A stretch of 64,000 nt of DNA. Origin: Callorhinchus milii (lineage: Eukaryota). Each line of letters starts with the position of its first letter. Positions within the stretch are counted from its first letter, which is position 1. Positions 11,501-26,500 of the stretch are shown here, in pieces. A model generated the notes under the pieces. It was not told where the DNA came from and did no database searches. It saw nothing but the letters and a program-made list of their open reading frames with translations. Both the position numbers and the translations under genes were made by a program. The stretch spans positions 116,562,001 through 116,626,000 of the forward strand of contig NW_024704742.1 of assembly GCF_018977255.1 (NCBI RefSeq), read 5' to 3'.

Positions 11501-14500
11501 GAGATTAAACTGGTTATACGTGAATCAAACGTTGCATTCACCTGCTTGCTTGGCCAATGAAGGGGGTTCAATGGTGCAGAAGAAGACTGGTTCAGGAATC
11601 TCAACACCTGCCAACACAAGATTTTCCTGCTCTCTGTTCTGATCACACTTTTTTCCAGAATCCTTCGCTGCTCGCTGGGACGCAACTGCTGCTGATGCCT
11701 TTGATGAAACTATTGTGTCCCCAGTGGCTGTCTTGAGAGGAAAGCAGAAATTACCATCAGACAAGCAGCAAAGCTCATTTGGCTTGCAACAGACAACAAA
11801 TTCAGCCTGCGTACTGCTGTAAAATGTAGTAAATAGAGACAACAGTGGGTAAAGTGAATGGAAAGAAGGGGAACCCAAAAATGCACGAAAGGGATATATA
11901 ACTTATATAGCCTGATGGCATTTCTTGGTAACATTGATGTTCCATATTCCTTATGGATCTAAGAATGAGATACTCACAAACAAATTCACAAATAGCGACA
12001 CCTGCCGGTAACTGGAAGTCACGTCATCTCACAGAAACTGCACTTGAGTCGTGACAACCATAATGCCAGTGTGACAACATAGCATTAGGTGAAAGAGCAT
12101 TTTAAGATCTAAAGGCAGATATTATTATTAGGTTTTATTTGACAAGAGTGTATATTTTCTACTATGTAAGCATTGCCCAAGTACCGTCTAACCCTGCCAC
12201 AATGCTGTCCATGAAATTGCAAGTAAACGGCTGCAGCTTCCAGGTCATTGGGTTACTACTTACCTCACTTCTAGTATAACAGGCATCCCCAATCTAATGA
12301 GTCATGTTATAACTGGTCTGAACTAACCAATTCTATTTACATAGAAAATGAGCATTCCTATGTTTCAGACCGTTACGCTCACAGTTAAACAAAAAGGTAA
12401 AAGGATTTTTTTTGACACATCCAGAAACCCATCACCATGCTTAAGGGAATCCAAACCAAACTGAGAATTCCATGCAACCCACCTACACCTGGAAATGAAA
12501 TTCAATAGATAGATTGCTCACAGTTAAACAAAAGGACAATTTGCAGACACTTCTCACCTGTTTGAGTCCAACAAGCAGTGCAATATTTCCAGCCTGTAAT
12601 GATGGGATCTCAATCTGCTGGTCAGCAAAAGGCAACAAAAGACGACTCATTCTTTCCCTGAACAGCACAGTCGGGACAAAAAAAACACAAGATTAAAATT
12701 TCATAATTTGGAGAGAGAATGAGAACAAGACACTGGGTTCCATTTCTCCTGATGTTTTCCCAACAAGCACGTTTTCAATGTTAATATCAAGTTAAATAGA
12801 ACTTTTCACCTTTGGAACTATTGATATAAATAAGTAACATAAAACCACTTCTAAATGACACTAACAGAACAGCATCATCCTGTGGTCTGTTATGGCATCC
12901 ACATTATTGGTTTTCTTGCAATACGGTATTTCCAAATATTGTTCACCCTTCAAATGAAAATAGATTCGCCCCATCTTGAAGGAATACTGAACTTCACCTC
13001 AAAGAAAACATCTGTATGAGTTGGACTGAATTGATTAATCTGACAGCACTTCAATAACAACAACTTTCACTTCTATAGCCCCCTCCACACAGGGTAGTGT
13101 CACAGAGCGCTTAACAGTGCTTTATTTGAAACTTTATTTCAAAATTAAAGCTAGGATCGGTAGAAGTTGGATCAAAAAACATTTCCAATGTGAAATGCAC
13201 TGCGCCAGAAGGCAGCAGAGTTAAAATCACTTGAGCTATTTAAAAGGGAGATAGTAAGGTACATGGGAAGAGATGATATTAAGGGTTTGGAGAAAAGACA
13301 GAGAAACGGGATTAAAGGATCTAATAAACTACCGGATGGAACACACTCAATGGGCTGAATGACATTGGTCTCCTCTTGTTCCAAGCATTCTGTCATATGT
13401 AAGTATTATTATTAAAGTTTTTTTTAAATGATCACTTACTTTTGAAATTATTTATTTGGATAAGTGCCAATCTTGATTTAAAACAAGTATCTTAATAAAT
13501 AATTTATGAAAGAGGATGTGGAGCAATCGACATTTACAGGAGCACATTAGCCACTCACATGCAATTCTTGTTGATGTTGTAAACGGCTGACTGAGGTTTC
13601 ATCGACCCAGAATAGATGCGGACAAACACTATAGGTCCTCGCTGTTTGTCGTGAAGAACTTTAAAGGCAAGAGCACACAGGTCATCCCCATACCACTGTC
13701 TGAAAATGGAATGGCGGGATAGAAACATGTTTAATATTTTTCTTTTTTAATACCACGTGAAAGGTCAAACATCTGAATAAAAAGCTAAACAAAACGAGTG
13801 CTCATTAAATCATGCAGGATTATAGCTTTTCTCATTGGGATCATGCTTCTTCCCTCATTAAATAACTAAGATGAGAAGCTTGAGACTGTCCAGGACAAAG
13901 CGGTTTGCTCAATTGGCACACCAGCAAATCTAGTCAGGGTTCATTCCCACTCTCATCAATGTACTGTGACTACAGTGTCTTCTATCTCCACCACCATTCA
14001 GGACAAGACAAACACCACCACATTATCCTCCAAGTCACTCAGCATTCTGACTTGGACATACATCACCTTTTCTCCATAGTCAAAATCTTGGGTCTCTCTA
14101 CCCAACACTCCAGGAGGAGCACCATTACCACAAGGACGGCAGTGGATTAAAGCATAGGTCCCACCACTACCTTTTCAAGACAACCAGAGACTTTTCAGGG
14201 CAATAAATGTCGATGTCGTCCACATCCCCAAATGAATTTTAAAAAATATGAATGTCTCACGGTTTCTGCTACAAGAAAGATCCAACGAAGCATTCACTGA
14301 ACATCAGTGTTAATTGGAACATTACATTTTTCTCCTACATTGAAATCTCTGCTTTTTCTCCATAAACTTTCATATTCTTCAAATATTTAATTTGACTCTC
14401 ATTTAAATGTTATGGTCTGAGCCACAGGAGTTTGATCCTCACCCTCTGCACAATACTGCAGTGGGACAAATTAAACTGTCTCTGAAACCACCTCTTCCAA

Positions 14501-17500
14501 ATGGTGCCAGGAGCAGGCTTCAGCACTGGTTCAACTCCAGATCTGTACTAAATGTGTCACAGCGAATCGCTGCCAAAGTAATAGAAGCACACGCAGTAGA
14601 AACACAGAATAAACCCCACAATGTGGCATTTGGCCTGCAGTTCGGAACCACCTTTTTTTGCCACATTTATTAAGTATCGAAAAATCACGTCTGTTTGCAG
14701 TGAGTCATGGGTTCATGAAAAACATCACAGGGAAAAAATTCCACCTGGGTCTAGATTTACTCTAATTACATTGCTATTCAGAGTGAACCAAATTTAGCAA
14801 ATTCTTAATTATAGCTTTAGTTTTGAAGGCTGTTTTGTCCAAATTCTTTTAAGCTACCTCCTGGTGACTGCTCTCAAATCGCTCTTGGCAAACTAAACCT
14901 GTGTCCTCTTGCTCAATCACCTAGATATTCCCTCTATTGTTTCCCTCTTAGCTGACACTAGACCATAATGTCTAGAAGCAGTTCAACCGGTTTGGATTTC
15001 ACATGAGGAAGCTCAAATCTGGATGGAAATCACACCAATGACATATAAGCATCGATGCTCCTGAAACCTGAATCCTCACTTAAAGTCATGCTGGCCTTCA
15101 TTGGGGGACGGCAGGTACATGGAGATGGCGTCCATCAGCAACTGCACTCCTTTGTTCTTCAGTGCACTTCCGCACAATACAGGCACGGCTGCATGACTCA
15201 GTGTGATTCGGCGGATTGCTGCGTTTAACTGTATTGAAAATGACAAGATTCTTACTCGTTATTGATTTTTCATCTCCCGAACTGCAGAGCATTAGCCCAA
15301 TTTTTGTGGTTTCGCTGCTGATATCAGCTAACAGCACAGAGCACGGATCAACCTGGGACCAGTATTGGCTCAATCATCACACCAAACACAAGCATCTCTC
15401 CAAAGAGACACCATGGAAGCTAGCCAGTCAATGTTTTATCAGCAGTAGCAGGGAGAGTGACTGCCAAGTTAATAAGCTCAGTTTTGCTACCTTCCCAAGA
15501 TGGGCTGCCTCATTTTCTGAGGCTCGCCACCTAACGACCCAGTCAAAAACTGACAGAATTCACCCCCAAATCAGATAGTTAGATTTGGTAAATGTGGTGG
15601 TTTGGGTTCATAAATTCCGACTTTGGGGGTTTTCCCATGTTGTAAAGGGCTGCTGGTCACTGATCTCGTACAGGCAACCATTCTCTTAAGCATCTCGAAC
15701 AGTTGCTGGGATGTCATAAGGCGTCCTGGGTCTGTGTGCCGTGCCCCAAACATATCACACTTCTGGTATATCACAAGTCCACAGATCACCAGCTATTAAC
15801 TGACCCATGCTATTCCAAAGCGCAGTATAACGGGGTATGATTCCATGAGGTTTTCATTGAAAGGCAACCCCAGGGACTCAAACCCATAACCTGATTTGAA
15901 GTTTTTGTTTTGGAGCCTTCACGGAATCAATCTACTGAGAGTTTAGCAAATTCACCTTCTCAGCAGGAACTGCTTCTATGTTTTCACACAACTCTCTCAG
16001 AGCCAACTCAGCAAATTCGTCATCCAGATCCGCTACCTGTGGGAACCGATCACCATTAATGTCCATGTTAAATCTGATACGGGGCATCAATACAGCATAC
16101 ATCTTAATGAGGCAGATTTTGTGAAAATATTGAATCAATTTTGCTTTGCCTGAGCATACGTACCATAAATATACAGTTTGAATACACAAGATTGATGTAC
16201 ATTGAGGTCTGCATTTAAAAGGTAATCAGCACAAATGTTTGGCTTCTGACTGTAAATCACTTAGATGTGACTTCCCGCAAAAGAGAATAACCATAAATAA
16301 AGTGGAAAACAGCACGAGTTAAATAAGAAATTGCACGATTCAGTACAATGTCATGGTTACAGTCCGTTTCATGTCAGAGACAATGTACAATAGATCTCAT
16401 CTAATTTTTACCTGCCAAATGAGTGTCTACTTAAACAAAACTAACTTAGCAATCCGACAAGTTGGTGCCAATTTGGAGGTAAATCTAGGGAGTTTACTGG
16501 TAACCAACACCCATTTTAAACCACTCAATACTTTTTTTGTTTCATCTATATTTTTAAATAAAAAGGGTTGCAAAAATAGTTTTTCACCTACATTGACATA
16601 AGCAGTGTTTTATGGAGAAATAGCTGATGTTTGTTAATTCGGTGCTTGCTATTTACGTTTCACAACCTGGTTTACAAAAAGTTGAGGTTATATAGCATCT
16701 CGCAGGAAGGATACTGTTTCGAAGCTCTTTACAGTGACAATATGGATCAACAACAACAAATTACATTTGTATATCGCCTTTCACATCAGGAGGACATCCC
16801 AAGGCGCTGGATCACCAAGCAGGATGGGAATGAAAGAGAGTTTGAAGATGCAGACTGATGAAAGACATGATCAAAGAGATAGGCTTTTAAAAGGGGTATT
16901 AATGCAGGGAAAATAGACAAACAGCAAAGGGATTCTGGTAGAGTCCTACAAAATGGGGTCATAGTTACTGAAAACTCCGTAGTTCTGTTTGAGCTGGAGC
17001 TTCAGAAGGATACAGTGTTGGATAAATCATGCAAACATGATTAAGATGATGAAAACATGATGATTTATGGTGTGTTCGCATACATATGTGAAGTTACAAT
17101 ACTGGTCTTTCAGCATTTTAAAGACTTCAATCACACCCTCCTTTAATCTTCGCTCTTAATGAAAACTTGATTCTTGAATTTCTATTGGGAATTTAGAAAA
17201 AACCTTCTCTCTCTCTGCTCACTTATTTTTTTCCAGCAAGACAAGGGTTCCAGAAGGCATATACAACAATCAAAATAATATCATATCTGAAATATCCTCT
17301 ACGGCACACGTATGTGTTGATAAAGGACTATTTGTGTTCTGGGGAATTTAAGAGCGGAGTTTCGTAAATGTTATGCTACAATGACATCTATGGCATATAA
17401 CTCTGGTTGAATATTCTCCTGTGATGTTTGGCAGATGCCATGCTCTCAAATAAACATTTGAATTCAGTTAATCTATTTCATCGATCACCGACAATCATGG

Positions 17501-20500
17501 TTGAGGGAGTCTTCTTCCCTTAGACCTTCCCTTGGTCATTCACTCCATGACTTTTTGTGGGACATTACTGTGTGCAAATTGGCTGCTGCAGTCACACACA
17601 AAACATAGTCACCCCTCTTTACAGTATATCCTGTGAAGCACTTTGGGATGTCCTCCTGACGTGTAAGGCGTAATACCAAATGCAAGGTTGATGATTGGAT
17701 AGGGTTTACCAAAGTTGTCTTTCTCCTTCCTATTTGGGATGCTAAGGCCATAGAGAAGGTGCAGAGGAGATTCATTCAGATGTTAACAGGGATGAGAGGT
17801 TTTACTTATGAGGAGAGACTGAACAAACTGGGATGTTTTTCCTTCAAGAAAGTTAAGCAGAGACCTGATGGAGACTTTTAATACTATTAGGGATTTTTAA
17901 TAACGTAAACAGGGAGAAATGATTTCCGCTGCTTGTTGAGTCAATTACCAAAAGAGCAAAGGGAAAGGAGAATTTTTTTTCTCACAGAGGGTTTTTAGGA
18001 CAAGAAATTCCTTATCTAGAAGGGTGATTGAAGTAGATTTCATATCAGCTTTTAAGAAGGAATTAGATAAATATCTGAAAAGAGAAATATAAAAGGGTAT
18101 GGGGGAAAGGCATGGGAATGGAACTGATCAGAGAGGCACAATGGGCAGAATGGTCTTCTGGGCTGTAAAGTTCTATGGTTTTCTCCTATTCAGTTTAAAG
18201 CCAATATAAAAGCTTTGTGAATATTTTATCTCCCTTTCAGTTTCTGTAGTTACTCTCGAATTCAAGATCCTCACCCTCACCTACAAGGCCATTCACGGCC
18301 TTGCTCCCCCCTACCTCTCCGACCTACTATCCCCCTACCTACCTGCCCGTACCCTCCGTTCCTCTGGCTCCGGTCTGCTCCACATCCCCCGCCCCAACCG
18401 CCCTACCATCGGTGACCAGACCTTCAGCCTCTCAGCCCCTAGGCTCTGGAACTCTATCCCCCAGTGCCTGCGCCTTGCTCCTCCCTTTCCTCCTTCAAGG
18501 CCGGTCTCAAGACCTTTCTCTTTGACCGTGCCTTCAGCTCCCCTCTCGACTCTCTACCCCCTCCTCGCTCCCTCCCTTCCCTCCCCTCACCCTGACCATT
18601 TCCCCCCTGCTCGGGTCCTGACCCAACTGTACAGCGCCTTGGGACGTCCTCCCGACGTGAAAGGCGCTCAATAAATGGAATCTTGTTGTTGTTGTTGGCA
18701 CTTAACCGTATACCTAACGGCAGGTCAATTTGTTCTTGGATAAAAGTGTTTTAAGGATGCAAATTGTTAAGAAAAAACTAAGAAAAAAAATCCTTCCTCA
18801 GCTCAAGAGGTTAAGATGAAATTTACCAAAACACATCATGGGGTATTTACCAAAAGACATTCTATTATGTACAAAGTATAAGCTCCGTGTACTATGTGTA
18901 ACTTATATGTGCATCGAGTGAAATATGGAGTCCTTAATTCTGTAATTAAGATTAACGATATAATCTTTTTCTTTGGTTAATTATATAATTAAGGACGCTT
19001 GTTATTCCTTGTATGCACGTTTACACATAGCACAGCTGTATACACCTGCGGTTCATAATAGATTTCACCCCTGAATTTGAAACAGAATCAAATAGTGAGG
19101 TGATTAATGTGCTCAAGTGAGAGATGAAGCTTAATGCACAAAAAGGAAGGTTGTACACTTTGAGACGAAGAATAAGGAAAGGAATTATATTCTAAATAGT
19201 AATATTTTAAAAGGAGAAGAAAATCAGATTGATAGGTGTTAACAGGCATAAATCTGTAAAAGTGGGGAGACAATTGGACAAAACTGTGAAGAAAATAATG
19301 AGATACTGGGTTTTATAAACTGAGACATTAAATATAAAACTAAATAGGTGACGTTTAACTTGTACAAAAAATTAGTTAGACTACAGCCAATGAAAAAGGC
19401 TACAGGGAATTCTAAAACCTTCATTTGATTTAAAATGATAAACACCCACACTTCTGCTGGTTTGTTATCACACAGTGGCAGGGAAATAAAATAATAAATT
19501 AAAAATGTGGTAAGATTATGTTGAATTAATCATTCATATATAAACTGGGTATTTTGTAGATTAAACACTTCAAACATTTACTTTAAAACTTTACTTGTTC
19601 AATAAGGGCATATCTCGCATCTCTGGCTTCCTTTAAAAGATTTGGTCCATCTGCTGTCACTAGAGGATGTCGATTGAACACTGCTCCGTCACCATCACTT
19701 GTCTTCGGGCCCCAGATAACTTTTTCACTTGTGACAAGGTCAATCACTCCGGTAAATGTCCTCCCTGCTCCGATAGGCAGCTGCAATTAAGAAACACACA
19801 GGAAACAATGAACAGAATAGTCCCTTTCTAAGTAAAAGAAGATGTGCTTTTGTAACAACCAGTCATATATCAATACCTGGCCTATCAATGAATCCTGGTC
19901 ACATAGAATGGGGAGTAGGGGGAGGGGTAAAACCTTTAAAGCTCAAAGGCTAGATAAGGAATATAGATGAGATTAGGTCACATTAACTCAACAACGTCAT
20001 CACGATCACCATTACAAAGCACAGTAGCTATTGCTTCTATTTCTGAATATTCCGGTCTCTATACCCAATCGGTATAATCTCTAATCGGTAATCTTACCCA
20101 AAAAACACATTCAGACACTTTGTGCTTGATATTTCATCAGTGGAAATGTCCCAATATTAGAAATCAATAATAGTGTGATTCAGCATCCTCCAGATCAGGT
20201 GAGCACCCCAGTGACGGATTCACAAAATAACACTGGCACCAGCAGATGGGAGAGCTTAGTATGTTATTCATCCTCATTGAAGATACAAATACAATACAAA
20301 ATTACATTTGTAAGTGCCTTTCTTGTAGGGAGGACGTCCCAAGGGGCTGAACAGTCAGGGATTAGGATGTATGAATGTGAGAAGTACCAAAAAAGGGAAA
20401 GATTCAAAAACGAAAAAGTAAAGAAAAATGCAGACAACCATATTAAGAAACCTTTATATAGTACTTATACCATTACTCACATATTTTACTTATAAAATGT

Positions 20501-23500
20501 ATCTGAATCAGAAATTCTACTCTTATTACACTATGCTGATAGATTACCAATCTGGAAAATCACATTGAAATCCAGGCATGTGGGAAGAAACACACTCAGT
20601 TATGATTCCCCCACAGTAAACAGAGAAAATTGAGAAGGAAAATGGTTACCTGCAGCAGAAGTGGTTTCACCTTTAGCTTCTTTTTGATGCTGTCCACAGA
20701 ATAGCAGAAACTGGAAATGAAAGAGATCCCATTAATGAGGAAATAATTGAGGATTACCACAGTATGGATGCAAACACTCTTATGAAGGGCACCATAGCCT
20801 GGTTGCTGGCAAACCATAAATTTCAACTTTTCTTACTATTTTTGGATGGGTTTATTTCTACAAAAACTCAGCAAAAGTACAAGAAACAAAGTATTGAGTA
20901 TTGTATACTAACCTTAGTTGCTTTATTGAAAACCATTTAGTTGTAAAAGGTCAATCATGATCATCACACTCATCAATATGCATTCCCCAGAGCCTTTTGT
21001 CTCTGTCAATGTGTTGCTTTTCCACAGAAGTTGTGTTCTCCATTCATCATATAACCTGTCCCATTGCAGGATTTAGCTGTTGCTTCTAATCTACATTCAC
21101 TGACTTTCTTCCAGTGTCCAAAATTTGATTCTTCTAGCGAATTCGATAGCTGAATCACTAAACCTTGATCTTTGCAAGGGCTTTCGATAAAGCATTGCAA
21201 ATCTTGTTACATCAATAATTATGCTTTTACATATTTTCACAAGTCTAAATACCTGCCACCTGCTAAATCTCTCCTACCCATATAGCATTCGTTCCCAGAA
21301 CCTTAAGACTGGAATTTTTGATTTGCATCAACCAAATACAAGGATTATTACTTTATTATCTTCCCTTCCTCCTACAATCAACAGCCTTGAAAAGTCTAAA
21401 CATGTCTACTCGATCTATCTCGTTTTCCTATCAAATATTTGCCTAGTGTTAAACTAACTGGTTTATAATTCTCTAATTTATAACTCACTGTTTCATGCTT
21501 CAATCCTTATGCCAATATCAGAGTTGAAATGGCTAACTCCCAGTCCACAGAAATGTACTGTATTTATGAAACCAGAAACTCTTCTACTTTATCTCTTATA
21601 TTTTTGGGGCAATTTAAGATAGTTCCAATCCAGTCACGGTGTCCCTTAGAAATGTAAACTTTTAAGGTTGAAGCAGTATTTGAAACAGCCTTATATATCT
21701 GACTTGGGAATATTGGCTGCCATTTCATACTGTGAATGTTCAGTAAGCTTTACCTGGCTCCAGGCTTATCCATCTTGTTTAAGAAGCAAATACGTGGAAC
21801 ACGATGTTCATCTGCCTGTCTCCACACAGTCAAGGTTTGCGCCTACCAAACAAAGCACACTGATTATATCAGAGATAAACCAGAAGTAAGAATTTTTCCA
21901 CCTTTCATGTCCACAGCACTTAATCAATGCTGTGCCTTAGAATATATATGTACAGTATACCACAAGTATATTTAAATTAGGCAAATGCTACACAATTCTG
22001 TATTTCAAAGCTACCAACACAGAAAACATTCCAAAGCTATATTTACAGTAGCTGTGTTTTTTTTGTTCAGCCACCGTCTAATACATGTGGAAACCCATCA
22101 CCATGTAAGCATCAAAACCATAATAATAATAATAATCCTTGCATTTGATATAGCGCTTTTCACGTCGGGAGGACGTCCCAAAGCGCTTCACAGGACACAC
22201 TGTAAAGTGAATTGACTGTATATTTGTGGGCGAACGCGGCAGCCAATTGCGCACAGCAATGTCCCACAAACAGTCGTAGATTGAAAATGACCAATTTATT
22301 ATTGTTTTGTTTTTTTGGAGGGATTATTATTAGGCTCTGTGTGGAGTAAGGAAACTTGCCCAAGGTTTCGCCCTCTGCCTGGAATTGAACTCAGGTCTCT
22401 CGCTTGCAAAGCGAGTGCTCTAACCACTGAGCTACAGGACTCCACAATATGGTAAAAGAGGTAGGTTTTTGGGGGGAGGGAGTTTGAAAGCAGTGAGTGA
22501 GGGCGAATGAGACTGAGCGATTTAGCAAAGGAGTTTTAAGGAGCAGGAGAGAGGGTATAGTGGCTGAAAGCTTCTTTAGGAAAAGCAGTTCCCCTTTAAG
22601 AAACTCAAAGCAATAATAATAAAAAAACACCATGAGAAGAAAGTGAGAATGAGAGTTCTGCATAGTTTTATTCCTTGAACAACAATAGATGCAAGTTGTT
22701 TCAAGTTCAATTCTTGGCCTGGGCTGAGTTGGCTCATTTGTATGAGGGAGGAGTGCAGGGTGCGATGATTGGCCTCGGTATCTCACCCCAAGGGAGAGGA
22801 GAGAGAAATAAACAATCACTTTTACTGGTAAACAGTGACCCCTACTGGCAAATGTACATAAATGGAAGTCAGGCTTCACTTGTGAGGCTCCACGTGATTA
22901 AATATAGCCTGATGGCTGACACATACAAAAAAATAATTTGATCACTCAATCCACGACTGTTTGTGGGACACTGCTGTGCGCTTTTGGTTGCTGCGTTTCG
23001 CCCATCGTCGATTCACTTTACAGTATATTCTGTGAAGCGCTTTGAGATGTCTCGAAGACATGCTAAGGCGCTATGTCAAATGCAAGGATTATTATTATTT
23101 ATCATAGAAGGAGTCACTGCCTTCGGTGGAGGAAACTAGAAAAAACAAAAAGGATGCAAAAGCATTTGTTGGATTGTTTTTTAAAAAAGGATAGTGTTGA
23201 GACCATTCATTCTTTAAAGAGAACGTTACTGACCTCCACACCAGCTGAAGCATCAAACACTGCCACAGCTCCATCAAGTACTCGCAAAGAACGTTCAACC
23301 TCAACAGTGAAGTCCACGTGACCTGACCAGATACAAGATGTAAAGTTCAGTGCCTCAGAAGTGAAATTTCATATTGTTTAGGTACAGAAAATGTGAATTG
23401 TAAGAGATTATTTTTGACATATGAACTGGGCTCAGCTGACACAAACTAAATACGAATCAGATTGACCTCCAAGTATTCTTGTACCCTTTGCTGGTTGTTA

Positions 23501-26500
23501 CAACTTAGATGTTCTTTACTACCGGTCTCTACAGGAGATGACTTCATCACATTCTTCATATTGTTTGTCAATATAAGCATTTTGGATTAATTTCCAAATA
23601 GACTGCTGTATACAATTCAATTTCCACCAAAAAAACTATCTTCTTAAAGTATCATTAGCAAAACATTAACAACAATATTTACACTTTTATAGCATATTTC
23701 ATGTTAGGAGAACATAAATCCTGTAGCTCAGTGGTTAGAGCACTCGCCTGGTTTTGATTCCCGGCAGGGCGAAACCTTGGCAAATTTCCTTAATCCACAC
23801 GCCTAATAATAATCCCTCAAGAAAAAAAAGCAATAAAATGGGTCACTTCAATCCACGACTTTTGTGGGACATTGCTCTGCGTAATTGGCTGCCGCGTTTC
23901 GCCCACAAATATACAGTCAACTCACTTTACAGTATATTTGGGACGTCCTCTCAACGTGAAAGGCGCTATACAAATGTAATGTTGTTGTTGTACTTTGTGA
24001 AGTGCTTTGAAAAAAATCTCAAAATGTTTTATAAAGACTGAACAGGAGCCCAGACTGGGAGGAAGCTGGTGAGGTGGTCAAACCACATTCAAAGAGTTAG
24101 GTCTTCAGAAAGGATTTGAATATGGAGAGGGAAGGGACAAGGTGGAAGGAGTTGGGAGGGGAAGAGTTTCAGAGGGAGGGGAAAAGTAGCTGAAGGCTCA
24201 CCCGCCATTGGGGGGTGGAGCGAGCAGGGACATGAAGCATGAAGTATGTGGACAGGTCAAGGAGTAGGATCACGCAGAGGCACGATTGTGCAAGGTCGTG
24301 GAAGTATTTGAAGATAAGGACGAGGATCTTGAAGTTGATCCATGAGGGATAGGGAGCTCAACATGCAAAATGGTCCCTAGTTCCACCATCTCTCTAGTTC
24401 ACCATCCACAAGCTATTGTTCATACAAATTTCCGCTACCCACAACTTCAACCGCACCAATCTCTACACGTCCATCTCCCATTTTGTGCTTCCATACCTGG
24501 TGTGTCTATCAAGTTGATTCGATGGTTTTTCCAGTCAAAAGTAACAGCAGCTGACTGGATGGTAATCCCCCGCTCCCGCTCCTGTGCCATGAAATCAGTC
24601 ACCGTGTCCCCGTCATCCACATCTATGTGATGAGAAGAAGATTGTGTACAACAGTGTGTTAAGAAGTGAAGCCTAATTCACAATCACTTCATATCAATAA
24701 ATTCAAGAGGAAATTATATCCAATAATTCAGTAAAAGTGTGTTTAATATAAAATCAGACATATTACAGGGTACATAGACCTTTGAAATGGATTGACTTGA
24801 GCATGGGCTGGCACCCAACATCCAATAATGTACGAAAAAATAATTTCAGCACTGAAGGCGCTAACACATCCCATTGTGTGTATGTGCTGTACTAGCTCCC
24901 CAATGGAGCTATCTATACTAATCTCATATTCCTGTTCTTACCATGTATGGCAAGTTCCTGGACTAAGCTATGCTCTCAGGGAGAGGTGCTGAGTACAAGA
25001 CTGGCTGCCACATGGAGGAGATATTTAAAAATAAGTAAGACAAGGCAGTTATACAACAGCAGTCAGAGTCTGGGAGTTGATTGCCTGCTATCTTATGTCA
25101 GCTAGATCGTGGCGGCCAACTTGGGAAGTAACAAAAAAGGAGAGGAGACAAAGGAGTTTCCAAACTAAATAAAAGGTTTTTATATAAATATTTTATGTTT
25201 AACTTATTCCACTTTCCAAGTTGTGTTTTATCTCAGTCTCTTTCTTTCTAGCACACACTCCTCATGCTAACTTTGAGCTACAATCTAACCTGCTTGTCCA
25301 CAGTGCAAATCACTCTTCCTTATCTGCTACTTTTATATACTGCAGTGGATGAGGATAGCTTTACATAAACAGTTCATTATTTTGTGCCAACTAATTTATT
25401 TTTACCTCCAAGTGCCCTGGTGTATCCGGCATAGTAAAGCATCCTTTCGGTGGTTGTGGTTTTTCCTGCATCAATGTGAGCCATAATTCCAATGTTGCGG
25501 ATTCTGATGATTTTTATCCAAAAGGGAAAGTGAATTACTTAACAAAATGAATGCCGGAAATAAAAGATAGCCCTGAACAAATCTAAAAGGGAGTTCAGTA
25601 GGAACCTCTTTAAGTAGAGAGTGATGAAAATGTGTAGCTCGCTGGTAAAAACTGTGGTTGAAGCAGAAAGAATCAATGTATTTGAGAGGTTGCTCAATGC
25701 ATGCACGATGGGGAAGGGAATAGAAAGATATGGGGGCACGCTGGGGAAGGGGGAGATTAGAATGGGTGACGGCTCATGCAGAGAATAAACAGCGACTAAT
25801 TGGATCGAATGGTCTGTTCCAGTTCTGTAGATTCTATGTAATTCTCTACATATTATTGTAAAGCATAATTATTAGCATTATTCTATGTTATTTAGGCATA
25901 ATAGCTACTGGAGACTGTAATGCGGGACAAAATAAAGCTCTACTTAGAGGAACACGAGGTAATTAGAGACAGCCAACATGGATTTGTTAAAGGCAAATCT
26001 TGCCTAACAAATCTAATAGAATTTTTTGAAGAGGTGACTGCGAGGGTTGATGAGGGAAATGCGGTGGACATTATTTACATGGATTTTAAAAAGGCTTTTG
26101 ACACAGTACCGCATAAGAGGTTAATAAAAAAACTGGAGGCCCACGGTATTAAGGGGACAGTAGCCGTTTGGATTAGGAACTGGCTGAGTGACAGAATGCA
26201 GAGGGTGGTGGTTAATGGGTGTTTCTCGCAATGGAAGGAGGTGTGCAGCGGTGTCCCCCAGGGATCGGTATTGGGACCACTGCTCTTTCTAATATATATT
26301 AATGATCTGGACTTGGGCATAGGGAGCACTATTTCCAAGTTTGCAGATGATACCAAGTTAGGTAGGGTAGTAAATAGTGAAGAAGATTGTGACGGACTGC
26401 AGGCAGACATACACAGAATGGTGGAATGGGCTGACATGTGGCAGATGGATTTCAATGTAGATAAGTGCGAGGTGATACACTTAGGTAGGAAAAATGATAG

